A stretch of DNA of 64,000 bases, from assembly GCA_020184695.1 (NCBI GenBank), contig JAANOX010000228.1, forward strand, positions 1 through 64,000. The letters run 5' to 3'. The position numbers and the translations under genes are program-made. Below are positions 12,249-24,876 of this stretch, piece after piece. The stretch comes from Histomonas meleagridis 2922-C6/04-290x (Eukaryota > Protista > Parabasalia). Position 1 is the stretch's first letter. Every line of letters begins with the position of its first letter. Under the pieces are notes generated by a model. That model was given only the letters and a program-made list of their open reading frames with translations, did no database searches and was not told the origin of the DNA.

Positions 12249-15200
12249 CTAGAATTTTAATATCATATTCTTGTAATTACTGGGCAATTTCCTCAAAATA
12301 TCTTCACATTTATAGCTGCACTTATTTTTAAATTGTCTTTCATCACTATTCGAGAAAATATTTGCATAATTTTTATCCTTTTTATGACCCAATTCTTGTA
12401 CATAATCTTTTGTTGAATCAATAATTATTAACTCAATATTTTCTTCAATTTCATTAATTAATTTGTTTTGTGTATCAGTAATAGCAATCTTTATTTGACT
12501 TAAATTGTTATCAATCGAATTATCTCTAACAATTTTCAATTTATTAACATAATGAACATTTACGTTTTTGATAATCTCATCACATTTATTGATACATTCA
12601 TTTTTGAAATCATTTTCATCATCCTTATCAACAAATTCGCTTAAATTTCTTTTTGTAATTTCGGCTAAAAGATTATCTTTAATTCTTTTAATTGTTAAAA
12701 TTATTTCATTTTCTTTTTCATCAGCTGCTTTAATTATATTTTCATTTGCAATTTCCATAATTTTTTCATTCACTTCATTAACTTTATTTATGCTATAATC
12801 TTTAATGAATTTTTCTATTTCATTTTTCATATTTTGATCATGAATATCAGATAATCTAATTTCATGTATACATAAATGTTTAATGTACTCAAGGAAATTA
12901 TTAGTTCCATCATTAGTATACATATTTAAAGCTTGTTTATGATTCATATTATAGAAATTAATGTTTTTGATGTTAATAATATTATTATTAGCTTGTATAT
13001 ATTGCATTTGATAATTTATTTCTAGATCTATAATTTCTTCAGCTTCAAGTTTTTTAGAATTAATTTTGTTTTCCAAATTACTTTGAGCAACACATTCAGA
13101 AATTTCTTGTAAATTTTGTATAAGTGAATTTAAATCAGTGAATCCATCTTTAAATAGATTTTGTAAATCTTCTTCTTTAGCATTTTTATCTTTACAAATT
13201 TGACGAGCTAGAGATGTATATTCAGATTTAATTGCATTGATTGTTTCTTCAGTAAATATTTTCAATGAATCTGTTTCATTACTTTCTTTAAACCTCCTTT
13301 GTAACTCAATATGTTTATTATTTATAAAATCTTTTATCATTGCATTTGCATAAGCTTTGAAATTTTCTTGTCTTTCTTTAATACTCATTTTAATGAATTC
13401 AGTTATTTCTTGTATATGTTCTGATAACTTTTCACTTCCATAATTTTTAAGTTTGGATAATGTATCTTCAGATATTTTTTGAATATTTTTATCATAATTA
13501 TTTAATTCTTCAATATATTTATGTGTAATATCATCTCTTATATTTTTAATAGTATTATTAGTGGTAGGTTTGTTAAAGGAATTAGTCTTAAAGTTAGCAA
13601 CTTCTGTATTAATTATATCATTAACCAATATCTTAAGTGTTTCAAATTGTTTATTCTTGTTTTCTTCGGATCTCTTTTGAGCAGGTTCATAAAATTTATT
13701 CATTTGATTGTTTAATGTTTGTGTAAGATATTGTAAAAGATCCTTTTGAACATCATCAAAAATTATTTCTTTAAAAGGTGTTGTTTGAAGAAGAGTACTA
13801 AGATCTGGTTTCGTATTTGTATTATTTTTTACTTTGCAAACATTATAAATTTCATTTTTGAACGTTTTTATGAAAGAATTTTTAAGGTTATTTCGACATG
13901 CTTCTAATATATCAGGAAGTTCTGTTAAATTATTGTTGGAAATATTTACTAATTCAATTCTAGATAAATTATCGAAGATAGTATCTGCCGAATGTTTAAG
14001 TAATGTAATTTGTTTACTTCTTATTTCTTCAATAACTTTATAATATTCTTCATATTTGGTTGATATTTCATTCGAAATACGATTCTGGAAATCTTGATAA
14101 ATCACAAGTTTTTTGACTGATTCTGGAAAACTTTCCATTTCATGAAATGCAGCATCACAAATATTTTGTTTAATTTCGATTTGTGGTATTTCAAAGAAGG
14201 GATTCTTTTTAAGTTGATCTTGTAATTCTTTAATTGATTTTTGAATAATACTTGTTTTTGATTCAATAATTCTATTGACATCGCCTAAACAAAGACGTTC
14301 TGCTGCTGATAATTCTCCGTTTTCAATTGCTTTCTGAACAAGTTGTTGAAGATCTTGATCTTCTGTTCTTTTAACTAAAGTTTCAAACATATTATAAGCT
14401 GATTCTGCATCAATAATACACTTTTGACGTGACTCTTCAAGAGAATTTAATAGTATTTTTGCAAATTCATTGAAACCATCGTTAAATTTCTTGTCCTGAT
14501 TTAAAATATCATATCTCGGATCAAAGAATGGAAGAGGAATAAAATCTTGAAGTTCACTCTGCTCACCAAATCTCTTTCGCATGATTTTTGTAACTTTTTG
14601 GCGCATTTCATCAAATGGATCATCTTTAATTATATAATTTTGAACAACTCCTAAGAAATGCGTATCAACTGTTCCTTTTCGAACTTCTCTAATAATTCTA
14701 AAAAGAGTTCCATTTGCTTGGACTTCTTGTAACCTAATATTTTTATCCATTAATGTAACAAGTACATTTGATAGAGCTGCATATGGTGCAATAAGTTGAC
14801 TCAGAAGGAATGTGTTTGCTTCGACATTTGTATCTCCTGTGTCAAAACCATTACATCCTTCTGTATCAACAAAGAAAATTTGGGTATCATTATCTTGAAC
14901 TTCATCCATTCCAAACCTTTTCCGAATATAATTGTATGGAAATGGTCCATATACGTAAGCACCTTTTGTTTGCTCTTCCGAACCATTTCCAATTTCAACG
15001 CTTTTCTCTCCAGAAAGCTTTTTTATTGTTGATGATTTCCCAACCTGAAATGATCCGCACATGGTTATAAAAAGAACTGGTTTACCATTCGCTTCATTAA
15101 GAGCTCTTTTGAAAACATTAAGATCTGGTCGAAATTCAATGATCTTATTATCTTTCTTTATCGTTATAGTAGTTCCAAATTTCTTGTTCTTGTTATCATC

Positions 15201-15425
15201 CAAAGTTGTTTTGGATTTCCGTGAGTTAAAAGATTTGGATGGGTTGTATCCACCTGTAATTTGTCCTGTTGATGAAGATGATGGATTGTGTCCACCTGTG
15301 CTTTGTTTACTTTGCTGTGCAGATGGATTAGTACTATGTCCACTTGTAATTTGTTTACTTTGCTGTGCAGATGAATTGGTTATTGACGACCGTTTATATG
15401 TCAAGCCTATAAAAATAATTTCCAT
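12249..15425 (-). CDS. GBP/atlastin-like GTPase with long helical/coiled-coil C-terminus
   Basis: GSFQVGKS, QTKG and DTEG motifs; ATG at 15425; the TAG at 12249 is TTG in the duplicate at 23812-24026, so the ancestral stop is probably at 12081-12083. Confidence 0.85.
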   Translation of the reverse strand: MEIIFIGLTYKRSSITNSSAQQSKQITSGHSTNPSAQQSKQSTGGHNPSSSSTGQITGGYNPSKSFNSRKSKTTLDDNKNKKFGTTITIKKDNKIIEFRPDLNVFKRALNEANGKPVLFITMCGSFQVGKSSTIKKLSGEKSVEIGNGSEEQTKGAYVYGPFPYNYIRKRFGMDEVQDNDTQIFFVDTEGCNGFDTGDTNVEANTFLLSQLIAPYAALSNVLVTLMDKNIRLQEVQANGTLFRIIREVRKGTVDTHFLGVVQNYIIKDDPFDEMRQKVTKIMRKRFGEQSELQDFIPLPFFDPRYDILNQDKKFNDGFNEFAKILLNSLEESRQKCIIDAESAYNMFETLVKRTEDQDLQQLVQKAIENGELSAAERLCLGDVNRIIESKTSIIQKSIKELQDQLKKNPFFEIPQIEIKQNICDAAFHEMESFPESVKKLVIYQDFQNRISNEISTKYEEYYKVIEEIRSKQITLLKHSADTIFDNLSRIELVNISNNNLTELPDILEACRNNLKNSFIKTFKNEIYNVCKVKNNTNTKPDLSTLLQTTPFKEIIFDDVQKDLLQYLTQTLNNQMNKFYEPAQKRSEENKNKQFETLKILVNDIINTEVANFKTNSFNKPTTNNTIKNIRDDITHKYIEELNNYDKNIQKISEDTLSKLKNYGSEKLSEHIQEITEFIKMSIKERQENFKAYANAMIKDFINNKHIELQRRFKESNETDSLKIFTEETINAIKSEYTSLARQICKDKNAKEEDLQNLFKDGFTDLNSLIQNLQEISECVAQSNLENKINSKKLEAEEIIDLEINYQMQYIQANNNIINIKNINFYNMNHKQALNMYTNDGTNNFLEYIKHLCIHEIRLSDIHDQNMKNEIEKFIKDYSINKVNEVNEKIMEIANENIIKAADEKENEIILTIKRIKDNLLAEITKRNLSEFVDKDDENDFKNECINKCDEIIKNVNVHYVNKLKIVRDNSIDNNLSQIKIAITDTQNKLINEIEENIELIIIDSTKDYVQELGHKKDKNYANIFSNSDERQFKNKCSYKCEDILRKLPSNYKNMILKF

Positions 15426-16261
15426 CTGAGGAAAACGAAAACGATTCAAAAAAGGTAACAACCAACCAACAAAAATAGTCACATATAACTTAAGTATATC
15501 ATAATTAAATTGGGAATTTTTCCTTACCAATTTTGTAAATATTATTTCAAAATGTTATTTGGTGATATTTGTAAGTGAAAAAATACTTTTAGCACCACTC
15601 TGGATTGTTCGTTTTGGAATATCCACTATTTTTTAACTATAAAAAAGATTGTTAATCAAATCAAAGATAATATTTCTTAAAATGCATACAAGAAATCGAA
15701 GTTGGCTTGCTCACTTACTTTGTGCCAATATTGCTCAGGTAAATTAGTAAGGAAGAAAATTATTTTAAAATCATTTTTCAAAACCGTTTTGCAACCCTAT
15801 CGTAACTTTACATTTCTTCGACTTTATACCTGAACTTAAACATTATATAACATTTATTAGAAGAAACAACTACAAAGCAAGTGAAAAAAAGAAATATTTA
15901 TATTAATTATTATTTTTTTTTTTTGGTAATCATAATATTATTTTATATTTTGGTTTGAATATTGTTTGATATCATTTAATATAATTTCCTTAACTAACAA
16001 TATGCATGTTCTTATATTTTGGTCCCTAAAATGAATTTGGAAAGCTTCAAAAGAGTCATTTTTCATAAAACAATAAATGCCACATCTTCAAAAAAATGCC
16101 ACCTTATGATATGCTTGTGAAAATGATTTCGATGTTTTCTGGACTTGGGCCATGGCCCCCTACACGATAATGATAGCATAACCGAAATAATTTGTTGAAT
16201 TTCAGCACAAAGTATACGTATTAAAATGCCATGCATTATTTTGTGGCATTTATTTTAATAT

Positions 16262-19200
16262 ATGCAGAAGCAAAGAGTACTTGTTATTGGTCCTTTGTAT
16301 GAACAAGTCATCGGGTGTATTACACGAAAAAATAAAACATGCAAAGTCGACAATAGTTTTGAAGTTTATCAAAACGAAAGTTTTTCATATGATTTTGTGA
16401 CATTTAAATATCATTTTTCACAAATGAAACAGAAGTATCCACTTCTTAATCCTAAATGTCAATTTTGTTTGTTTATTGTTTCTTGTAAGCCACCTTTTAA
16501 TCTTAGTTTTTCGAAACAAGTTTACAAGTATGTTTCAGACGAAATGCCAATTATTATAGTTAGTCTTGGCACAGGCAAAGTTGATAAGTTAGAAGAAGAG
16601 TTAGCACAACAATTTGGTGTTCAAACGAAAGTGAAAGTTTTAAGTAGTGTTTCAGAAACATCACTTCAAAAACTTCTTCAAGAAATCAAAGTTCAAGATC
16701 CTAAAGCTCAACCAAATCCAACACCCAAGCCTTCAGCTACATTAAACAGTGGTTCAATATCTAACCCACCTAACCCGCCAATACAATCTCATGGATCTAA
16801 AACGCCACCGCCTTCATCATCAAGTGTGATATCTAATGATAGCACGAAAGGGATTCATCAAAAAGAAACGAATTCTAGTAATATTTATACGAGCTCATCA
16901 CAAGGTGCATTTCATGGAGTGAAATTGAGACCGATTGACGGATCAGGTTCAAAACGACCCCCATCACGTCCTCCATCAGGACAATTCTCTACCGTACATA
17001 ATCCTAATCCATCTGCACAGCATAACCAATTCAACTACAACAATTCTGGGTCATCAACATCAAGTGCGACATCTAATGATAGCACGAAAGGAGTTCATCA
17101 AAAAGAAACTAATTCGAGCTCATCACAAGGTGCATTTCATGGAGTGAAATTGAGACCGATTGACGGATCAGGTTCAAAACGACCCCCATCACGTCCTCCA
17201 TCAGGACAATTCTCTACCGTACATAATCCTAATCCATCTGCACAGCAAAGTAACCAAAACACAGGTGGACACAATCCATCATCTTCATCAGCAGGACAAT
17301 TTACAAGTGGATACAATCCATCATCTTCATCAACAGGACAATTTACAGGTGGATACAATCCATCATCTTCATCAACAGGACAATTTACAAGTGGATACAA
17401 TCCATCATCTTCATCAACAGGACAATTTACAGGTGGATATATTCCTAATCCATCTGCTCAGCAAAGTAAACAATTCGGCTACAACAACTCTGGTGGATCT
17501 TCTCATCCATCTAATTCATCAGGCACACAAAAATCTTCTCCTCAAAACCAATCAATATATAATTTCACCACATGTTCTATTACAAACAAGGAAAATAAAA
17601 CTATAGATTATGTTCAGGATCCGAAATTTTTCAAAAATGCATTAGCACCATCGAAAGGAAAGCGTGTAATTTTTGTTACATTATGTGGTTCTTTCCAAAC
17701 AGGTAAATCATCAACTATTAAAAAGTTAACAGGTGACAGAAGTAATTCAATTCAAATTGGTGATGGAATACGTGAAACCACACGCGGTGCATTTGTTTAT
17801 GGACCATATTCATATAATGGTATTCGAACGCGATATGGAATTGATGTCATGAGTGAAGATTTAGATACATATTTTGTAGATACTGAAGGGTGCAATGGCT
17901 TTTTAACAGGTGGTAATAATGCAGAAGCGAATACATTTCTTTTAAGTCAACTTATTGCACCTTATGCAGCACTTTCTAATGTACTTATTTCAATACTCAA
18001 AACATCAACGACGAGTCAAGAAGTGGACGCATTAAGTACGATGTATGGTATTATTGAAAGTATTCGACAAGGCACAGGAAGAGATGTCACTCGTTTAATG
18101 GGCGTTGTTACAAATGTTGCTGGATATGATCCACATATTAATTTTGAAAATATGCAAAATTATGTATCAGCGATGATGCGTGAAAGATTTAAGAAAAATT
18201 TGGATCTTCATGAAATCATTCCACTTCCTCAATTTAATATAAATAATGACATCTTTCATCAGTCAAAACAATTTGATGATGCTTTTTATATCTTTGCACA
18301 ACATTTAATTCAACAAATTGATGAATCCCTTAAAACGTCGATTCTAGATGCAGAAGCTGTTTGTAAGATGTTTGAAGCATTAATTAAACGAACAAAGAAA
18401 CAAAATCTTACGGAAATTGCCGAAAAAGCAATGGAAGAAGGAAAGAAATCATCAGCAGAAAGAATTTATTCAAGAGATGTTGAAGAAATAATTAACAACA
18501 AAATTAATTATATTCAAAATATCATTGATGATTGTCAATGTCATATGATTCAAGATTCATTTATTATTATTCCTTCCATAGATCAAGCCGCTGTTATAAA
18601 AGATGCAGTTCAAGAAATTAATCAACTTATACCTGATCAATTGAAGAAACATATTTTGAAAATATTTACTGATAAAGCTGAAAAATAAATAACATATAAA
18701 TATAGAGAATTTTGTGCTAAAATAAGTGAAATTCAAAAGAAAATATTAGAAAATCTTCGGAAAATTATTCAAAATATTATATCGAGTAAGAAATTAGAAA
18801 TCAAACAAAATTTAGAACAAAATAATATCAAAAATATAAATGAATTTTTAAATATTAAAAAGAATGAAATATATCAATCGATTATATCACAACTTTTACA
18901 AACAACTCCAATCAAAGATTTACGACTTAATAAAACTAATGAAAATGTTGAAGAAATTATTCAAATAATTTCACAACTTAAACTTAATAATGGTAATATA
19001 ACTGAAGTTCGTCAATTTATTATGAAACAAATTTCATCATTTGATGATGAACTTCGCAAAAATATTCAAGCTGTCATAGAAGCCAATAAAAAGAAACAAT
19101 ATGAAACATCTAAGAAACAAGCCGAACAATTAATTACAATTGAAATCGAACAATTAAAGAAGAGAATTAATGAAAATTATCCTACACAAAAATTTGATAT

Positions 19201-20436
19201 TGATAGTGAATTTAAAACAATCGAAAAGAAATGTGAAGAACAATTTTCAACACAAAATCTTAGTGAAGATATCAAAGAAAAAATCAATGCTTTAATTAAA
19301 GATCGATTAAATTCCAAATTGCCTGGTTTTAAGAATATGATGACTGAAAAAGAAAACACAGAAATGATGAAAGCACTTACTATAAGCTCAATTAAAACTT
19401 CGATTCTATCTCGAAGAAGTAAATTGGAAGAATCGATTAAAATGAGTACAGCAACTGAAACAACGCAACTATTTCCATATAATTCATTTGCTGAAGTCGA
19501 AAACAATTTGAAGAAAGAAATCAACAATAAGTTTTCAAATAATAATTCAGATAAAAAAGAATTATTGGATTATTTATCAAACCAAATATCAGATGTTAAA
19601 TCTCAATTAAATGATTTAGCTAAAAAAGTTTCAACCGAAAATATTAATAAAAGAACTGAAATACTTAAGAATTATGCGCAATATATCATCAATAAAATTA
19701 CTAGCAATTTAATAACAAATGTCGAAAACAAAAAAATATGGACTGATGTTCATGATGTTAAATTTTATGATAAATATCAAACAAATAAAAGTAACGCTTA
19801 TGTAACATTGTTCAATAATTCAACGGGTAAAAATAACTTAGAACAATATATAAATAATAAATGGAATCATAAACTTGAAAAAGAAAATAAAAACGTGAAA
19901 ATTTCGGAAAATATGAAACAAAACGTTAATACGTTTTTCAAATCATGTTTAAGCAAAACTCTAAGTGATACAATGAGAAGAATTTACGAAATAACTAAAA
20001 AAAACGAAGAAGAATTTACGAAATAACTAAAAAAAACGAAGAAGAATTAACTGATATAATGCAAAGAGATATCGCACAAAAGATTGAAGATATTCGGAAT
20101 GCATATTCTGATATAATAGATGACAAAAAGAGTAAAAAAGAAGAAGAAGTTTATTCGTACGCTGAAGGGAACAAGTTTAAGAAAGAATGTATTGATTGTG
20201 CAAAGAAAATCATTGAAAGTGGGGAGGTAAATAACAAGTTGGCAACGAAATTGGAAACGTTCTCATCAAAAATTACAAATGAAGCACATTTGCAGCTGAA
20301 AGAAGCCGCAAAATTAAGAGCTTATAATAATCAATTGAAGTTTTGGAATAGCATTAAAGACGATTTGAAGAAACTTTTGACGAGTCTATACCAGGGATTC
20401 ATTCAATTGGCACCAACATTATTAGGAAAAAGATAA
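16262..20436 (+). pseudogene. GBP/atlastin-like GTPase with Ser/Pro/Gly-rich linker, disrupted
   Basis: GSFQTGKS and DTEG motifs; a single in-frame TAA at 18686-18688 with the frame open on both sides; 32-bp tandem duplication at 19981-20044 causes a frameshift. Confidence 0.85.
16843..17440 (+). repeat. Intragenic repeats: ~220-bp duplication plus 39-bp tandem units encoding GYNPSSSSTGQFT(S/G)
   Basis: SNDSTKG..HGVKLRPIDGSGSKRPPSRPPSGQFSTVHNPNPSAQ occurs twice; the 13-aa unit repeats ~4 times; a related unit is in the 12249-15425 gene. Confidence 0.92.
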
Positions 20437-21598
20437 AAAATCTTTTGATAAATTTTAATTTTTTTCTTGAATAGAAAATGAGGATAACCGCTGTATTTGA
20501 AAAAAAACAATCGAACTATCGGATTTTTTGTGATAAGTAAACTCCTCAAAAAGTGAAGAGAATTGAGATTATTATATCGTTATACAACACACGATATGGG
20601 CTAATTGAGCGATTTTTGATCGTATTATCATTCAAATTTGAATACAGACGCATCGTTAACGATACGGGCTAATTGAATGATATTGAAATTTGCCATCCTA
20701 CCACCAAACGAATTACCTGTAACACTTAACTCATTATACTAATTAATTCCATCAAAACGAATGACATATGACAGTCATATCAAAACTAGTATGTTTAATT
20801 CAATAATGGCACTGAAAAATTATCAAATTTAATCATACCATTATTATAAATTTCGGATTTGGCAACTCAAAAATTTAAAGACCAACCCATTATTTCAAAA
20901 TTACATCATTATAGTAATCAAAATTATAGGAATTATAACATATTTCCCTATAGATATTAACAGATGTATTTGAAAGAAGTCGATCATTTTAAACTCAAAA
21001 GTTACATAAACTATTGAATTAAAAATCAAAAAAAAATTTAAAATATCTTAATATATAATATATTCAAACATAATAAAACAATGTTTTTAAATATTACAGA
21101 TATAGTGTTATATATTCATATATTATTTAAACTTTTTATTGAAGAAATATTCTTCAGGTACCATTAACGTTTTTTGACACACCACATTCTTTGTTTACAG
21201 AAATCTCAAATGATTTTGGGATATTTTTTTTTGCCCTGGGCATTAAGTCGATGGATCAACAAACCATCATACTCAAATTGAAAATTATTGGTTACTTGCA
21301 CAAAATTCAAACGAGTGTATGATATATTAAAAAAAATTTATTGTATTGTTTGATTATCATTACGCATGAGATAAGTTTTTCGTTAATAACTAATAAAATA
21401 AGAAAAAAGCATCAATGAAGTTTGGTGCAAGCATCAAAAAAAATGTATTCTTCTATGTTTTAGCATCAACAAAACAAGCGCCGAATGTAATTGAGGAGAG
21501 TTTGGATATCCCGAAAAAAAAAATGAACAAATGGATGAAATTTATTTAAAATTTATTATACATTTTATGAAATTTGATTATAAATCAAAAGACAAAAA

Positions 21599-23653
21599 TT
21601 AAAGTAATTGATCTTCATCATTCAGAGGTATTTGGTTGCTATCCATATCATTTATTATATGTTTTGCTTCACCATCATCTTTATCACTTGAATTTTTTAC
21701 TTTTCTCTTATGTATTATTACAAGAACCGCAACCAATATAATCAATAAAACTAAAACAATTGCACAACAAATAATTGTTATTAAAACTCCTTTTGAAATT
21801 CCTCCGCCTGTATCAGTAGTAAGTGTATTCGATACATAATATGTATTACTTTGTGAATATGTATTACTTTGTGAATATGTATTACTTTGTGAATATGTAT
21901 TACTTTGTGAATATGTGTTTGATTGTGTATATGTTTCAGAAGGAGGTGGAAGACATTCAGTAATCATATCTTTGCTTATATTTAATTGACCAAATGTTAC
22001 ACCTTCATAAAGTTCATTTATCATCATAGTATCTACTTGAATTTGATCAAATGCATATATATCAATTTGTGGTTCTTTAGTTCCATTATAATAAACGCAT
22101 GTTAAATTGCTTTGAGAAAATGCAAATTCTCCAATATGATTTAAGTGATCACTGAAATGTACTTCATATAAATTTATACAATTTGAAAACGAATATTTTC
22201 CAATAGTTTCAATATCATTAAAATCAAATGTTATAAAAGAACAATTATAAAATGCAAATGATCCAATTTCTTTAACATTATTTGTGATATTAATTACATT
22301 TAAGTTCAAACAATTATAAAATGAATAAGGTGCAATAACTTCAATTGTATCCAAAAGTTTTATTTCTTTTATGTTTTTACCAATTGGATAACAAATGATT
22401 TCAGTAAAATTATTATTATAAAGTATTCCATCTAAAGTTGCATAATTCGAATTATTTGTGATTTCAATCGAAGCCAAATTAATACAATTCGAAAATGATC
22501 CATATCCAATATATGAAACTGAGTTTGGTATTAAAACATTATGAACATTACATCCAAAGAATGAAAGATCACCAATACTTTCAAGATTACTATTAAAAGT
22601 TATATTTGTTAAATATTTGCAATTATCAAATGCATGTTTTCCAATACTTTTAACACCTTCAAATGAAATCTCTTTAAAAATACAGCCATAAAACGCATAG
22701 TTCCCAATGCTTTCGACTGTGGCTTTAATATATAATTTTGGAACAATACATTCATAAAATGCATAATCGCCAACTGCTTGGTAAAGACTCAATGTTAAAA
22801 ATTCATGTGATAGACCTTTTAAATAAAAAAGAAATGTGCTATTATGTACAATGATTGAGTTGAGATTGTTCATTCGATGGGGATAATCAACATCTGCTAA
22901 GTTATTACAATTAGAAAATGCTCCAATTCCAACACTTGTAATCGTACTCGGAAAAGCAAAATATTTGAAAGAACACCCAAAAAACGCAAAGTTTCCAATT
23001 ACTGAAACAGAATTAACGTTGACACTTAATAATTGGGTACATAAATAAAATGCATAATCTGAAATTACTTGAACATTAGCATCAAGGTTGTATTCTGTCA
23101 TTTCTCTTCTATTTGGAAAACTGACGAGCGTGTCTTGATTCTTATTGTAAAGAACTCCATCAGCAGTATGCGAATAATTTTCATTTTCGTTATCAACTTC
23201 AAAATTTGTTAGAGAGCTACAACAGGAAAATGCTGCATTGCCAATGCTTTGAACCGATGGCGGAATTCTTATTGATTCAAATGAGCAACCAAAAAATGCA
23301 AAATTTCCTATTGAAGAAATATTTTGAAAATTAATTGTTTGTAAACAAATACATTCATAAAATGCATAATTTCCAATTTTTTGAACTGAATTTGAGAAGG
23401 AAATTGTTGATAAATTAGTACATCCATAAAATGCATAATCGCCAATCACTGTAACATCTTCTAGAACAACTGACAAAAGTTGCTTCCATCTATAAAATAA
23501 TTTGTTTTCAATGTTATCAATTTTAGAAATTTGAAGATATTTTGTTTGAAATTTGTAATTTTGAATAAACGGACTTTCTTCATTAAAGGACAAAGTCCCA
23601 TTGTTATAAAAGGTATTTTGAATAGCAGGATTTAAAAAAAGATAAATGAGCAT
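21599..23653 (-). CDS. BspA-like LRR type I membrane protein with (SNTYSQ)n stalk
   Basis: TpLRR repeats, 18-bp tandem repeat at 21841-21912, TM helix and short cytoplasmic tail. Confidence 0.92.
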   Translation of the reverse strand: MLIYLFLNPAIQNTFYNNGTLSFNEESPFIQNYKFQTKYLQISKIDNIENKLFYRWKQLLSVVLEDVTVIGDYAFYGCTNLSTISFSNSVQKIGNYAFYECICLQTINFQNISSIGNFAFFGCSFESIRIPPSVQSIGNAAFSCCSSLTNFEVDNENENYSHTADGVLYNKNQDTLVSFPNRREMTEYNLDANVQVISDYAFYLCTQLLSVNVNSVSVIGNFAFFGCSFKYFAFPSTITSVGIGAFSNCNNLADVDYPHRMNNLNSIIVHNSTFLFYLKGLSHEFLTLSLYQAVGDYAFYECIVPKLYIKATVESIGNYAFYGCIFKEISFEGVKSIGKHAFDNCKYLTNITFNSNLESIGDLSFFGCNVHNVLIPNSVSYIGYGSFSNCINLASIEITNNSNYATLDGILYNNNFTEIICYPIGKNIKEIKLLDTIEVIAPYSFYNCLNLNVINITNNVKEIGSFAFYNCSFITFDFNDIETIGKYSFSNCINLYEVHFSDHLNHIGEFAFSQSNLTCVYYNGTKEPQIDIYAFDQIQVDTMMINELYEGVTFGQLNISKDMITECLPPPSETYTQSNTYSQSNTYSQSNTYSQSNTYSQSNTYYVSNTLTTDTGGGISKGVLITIICCAIVLVLLIILVAVLVIIHKRKVKNSSDKDDGEAKHIINDMDSNQIPLNDEDQLL

Positions 23654-23811
23654 GGGATTTATAAAGTTGTTTGAAATTGTGATTTTCCCACAAATTAAAG
23701 ACGATAACTATTTTCTGTGATGTTTTTGATCAAAAACGTTTCCCTATGAAACATGCCAATTTTGAATTAAATCAATTCACGAAAAGTTCGAAAACTGTTC
23801 ACATGTGTCTT

Positions 23812-24800
23812 TGAGGAAATTGCCCAGTAATTACAAGAATACGATATCAAAATTCTTGGATGAAATAATCGATAGCAAAATTGTTGTGTTAAGAAACGAA
23901 GCTAAACATATAGCTGAAATAAACAAACAAAATGGTTCAGTAATCGGAGATATAATTGATAAACTCGTTAGTTTGATATCAAATTCAAAGATAATTACTG
24001 GAATTAAAAAATTCTTTTCAACTTAGTGTCTACTTTCCAATCATTAAACCTTTTCATTCACATTTGAATTTTTATAATTTTGGTTTTAAACAAATAATTT
24101 ATTTATTTAGAAATTGATTTCGTATTAAAAAAGATGTTTCATTTTGCTATAACTTTTATTCATAAAATTCTTTAATTTTCTTTTGAATTTTCATCATGTG
24201 TTCGCTAAGTTCGCGATATTTTGGTGAAATTCTTCTTTGAAATTCTTCAGCAAATTTGGTGATTTCGACATGTTCTGTGGTAATTGAACGAAGTTCTTGA
24301 ACAGCGTCATTTGTAATTGAGTTCATATCAATAAATGGAACAGTAATACTTGAATTAGTGAGTAAACACAACTTACAATCATCAATTAAACTTTGGATGT
24401 ATTTCACCTTGTTATCGATTATATCTTGAACTTGTTTCGAATAATTTGTTTCTGATGATTTCTTTCCTTTAAATGCATTTCGTACGACTTCTGTAAGATC
24501 TTCTTTCGATGTTCGTTTAATTAATGCATTAAATATTTCGCAGGCTGAATCAGCATCAAGAATAGATGTTTGAAGGGATTCATCAATTTGTTGAATTAAA
24601 TGTTGTGCGAAGATATCAAAAGCATCATCAAATTGTTTTGATTGATGAAAGACGTCATTATTTATATTAAATTGAGGAAGTGGAATGATTTCATGAAGAT
24701 CGAAATTTTTCTTAAATCTTTCACGCATTGTCTGTGATACATAATTTTGCATATTTTCAAAATTAATTTGTGGATCATATCCAGCAACATTTGTAACAAC
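23812..24800 (-). repeat. Inverted segmental duplicate of 11405-12298 carrying two GBP gene ends
   Basis: 23812-24701 is a near-identical reverse complement of 11405-12298, including the intergenic DNA; 24702-24800 matches the 16262 gene (~18103-18205) instead. Confidence 0.93.
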
Positions 24801-24876
24801 TCAATCCATTTCCACAATTAATATCCTCTGCACAGAACATTTCGCACTCATTAAAAAATATTATTTTGTGTTGTGT

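Noticed and set aside
18686-18688. Stop-codon reassignment or readthrough (in-frame TAA/TAG/TGA in the GBP genes and the transposase)
   Set aside because: The stops are of all three types, map to sense codons of different amino acids in paralogs (GGA, TTG) and co-occur with frameshifts, while conserved genes end normally in TAA/TGA. Ordinary nonsense mutations explain them.
20590-20680. Direct repeat ACGATAYGGGCTAATTGA (two copies) as a MITE or regulatory element
   Set aside because: Only two copies, and no TIR or TSD could be defined.
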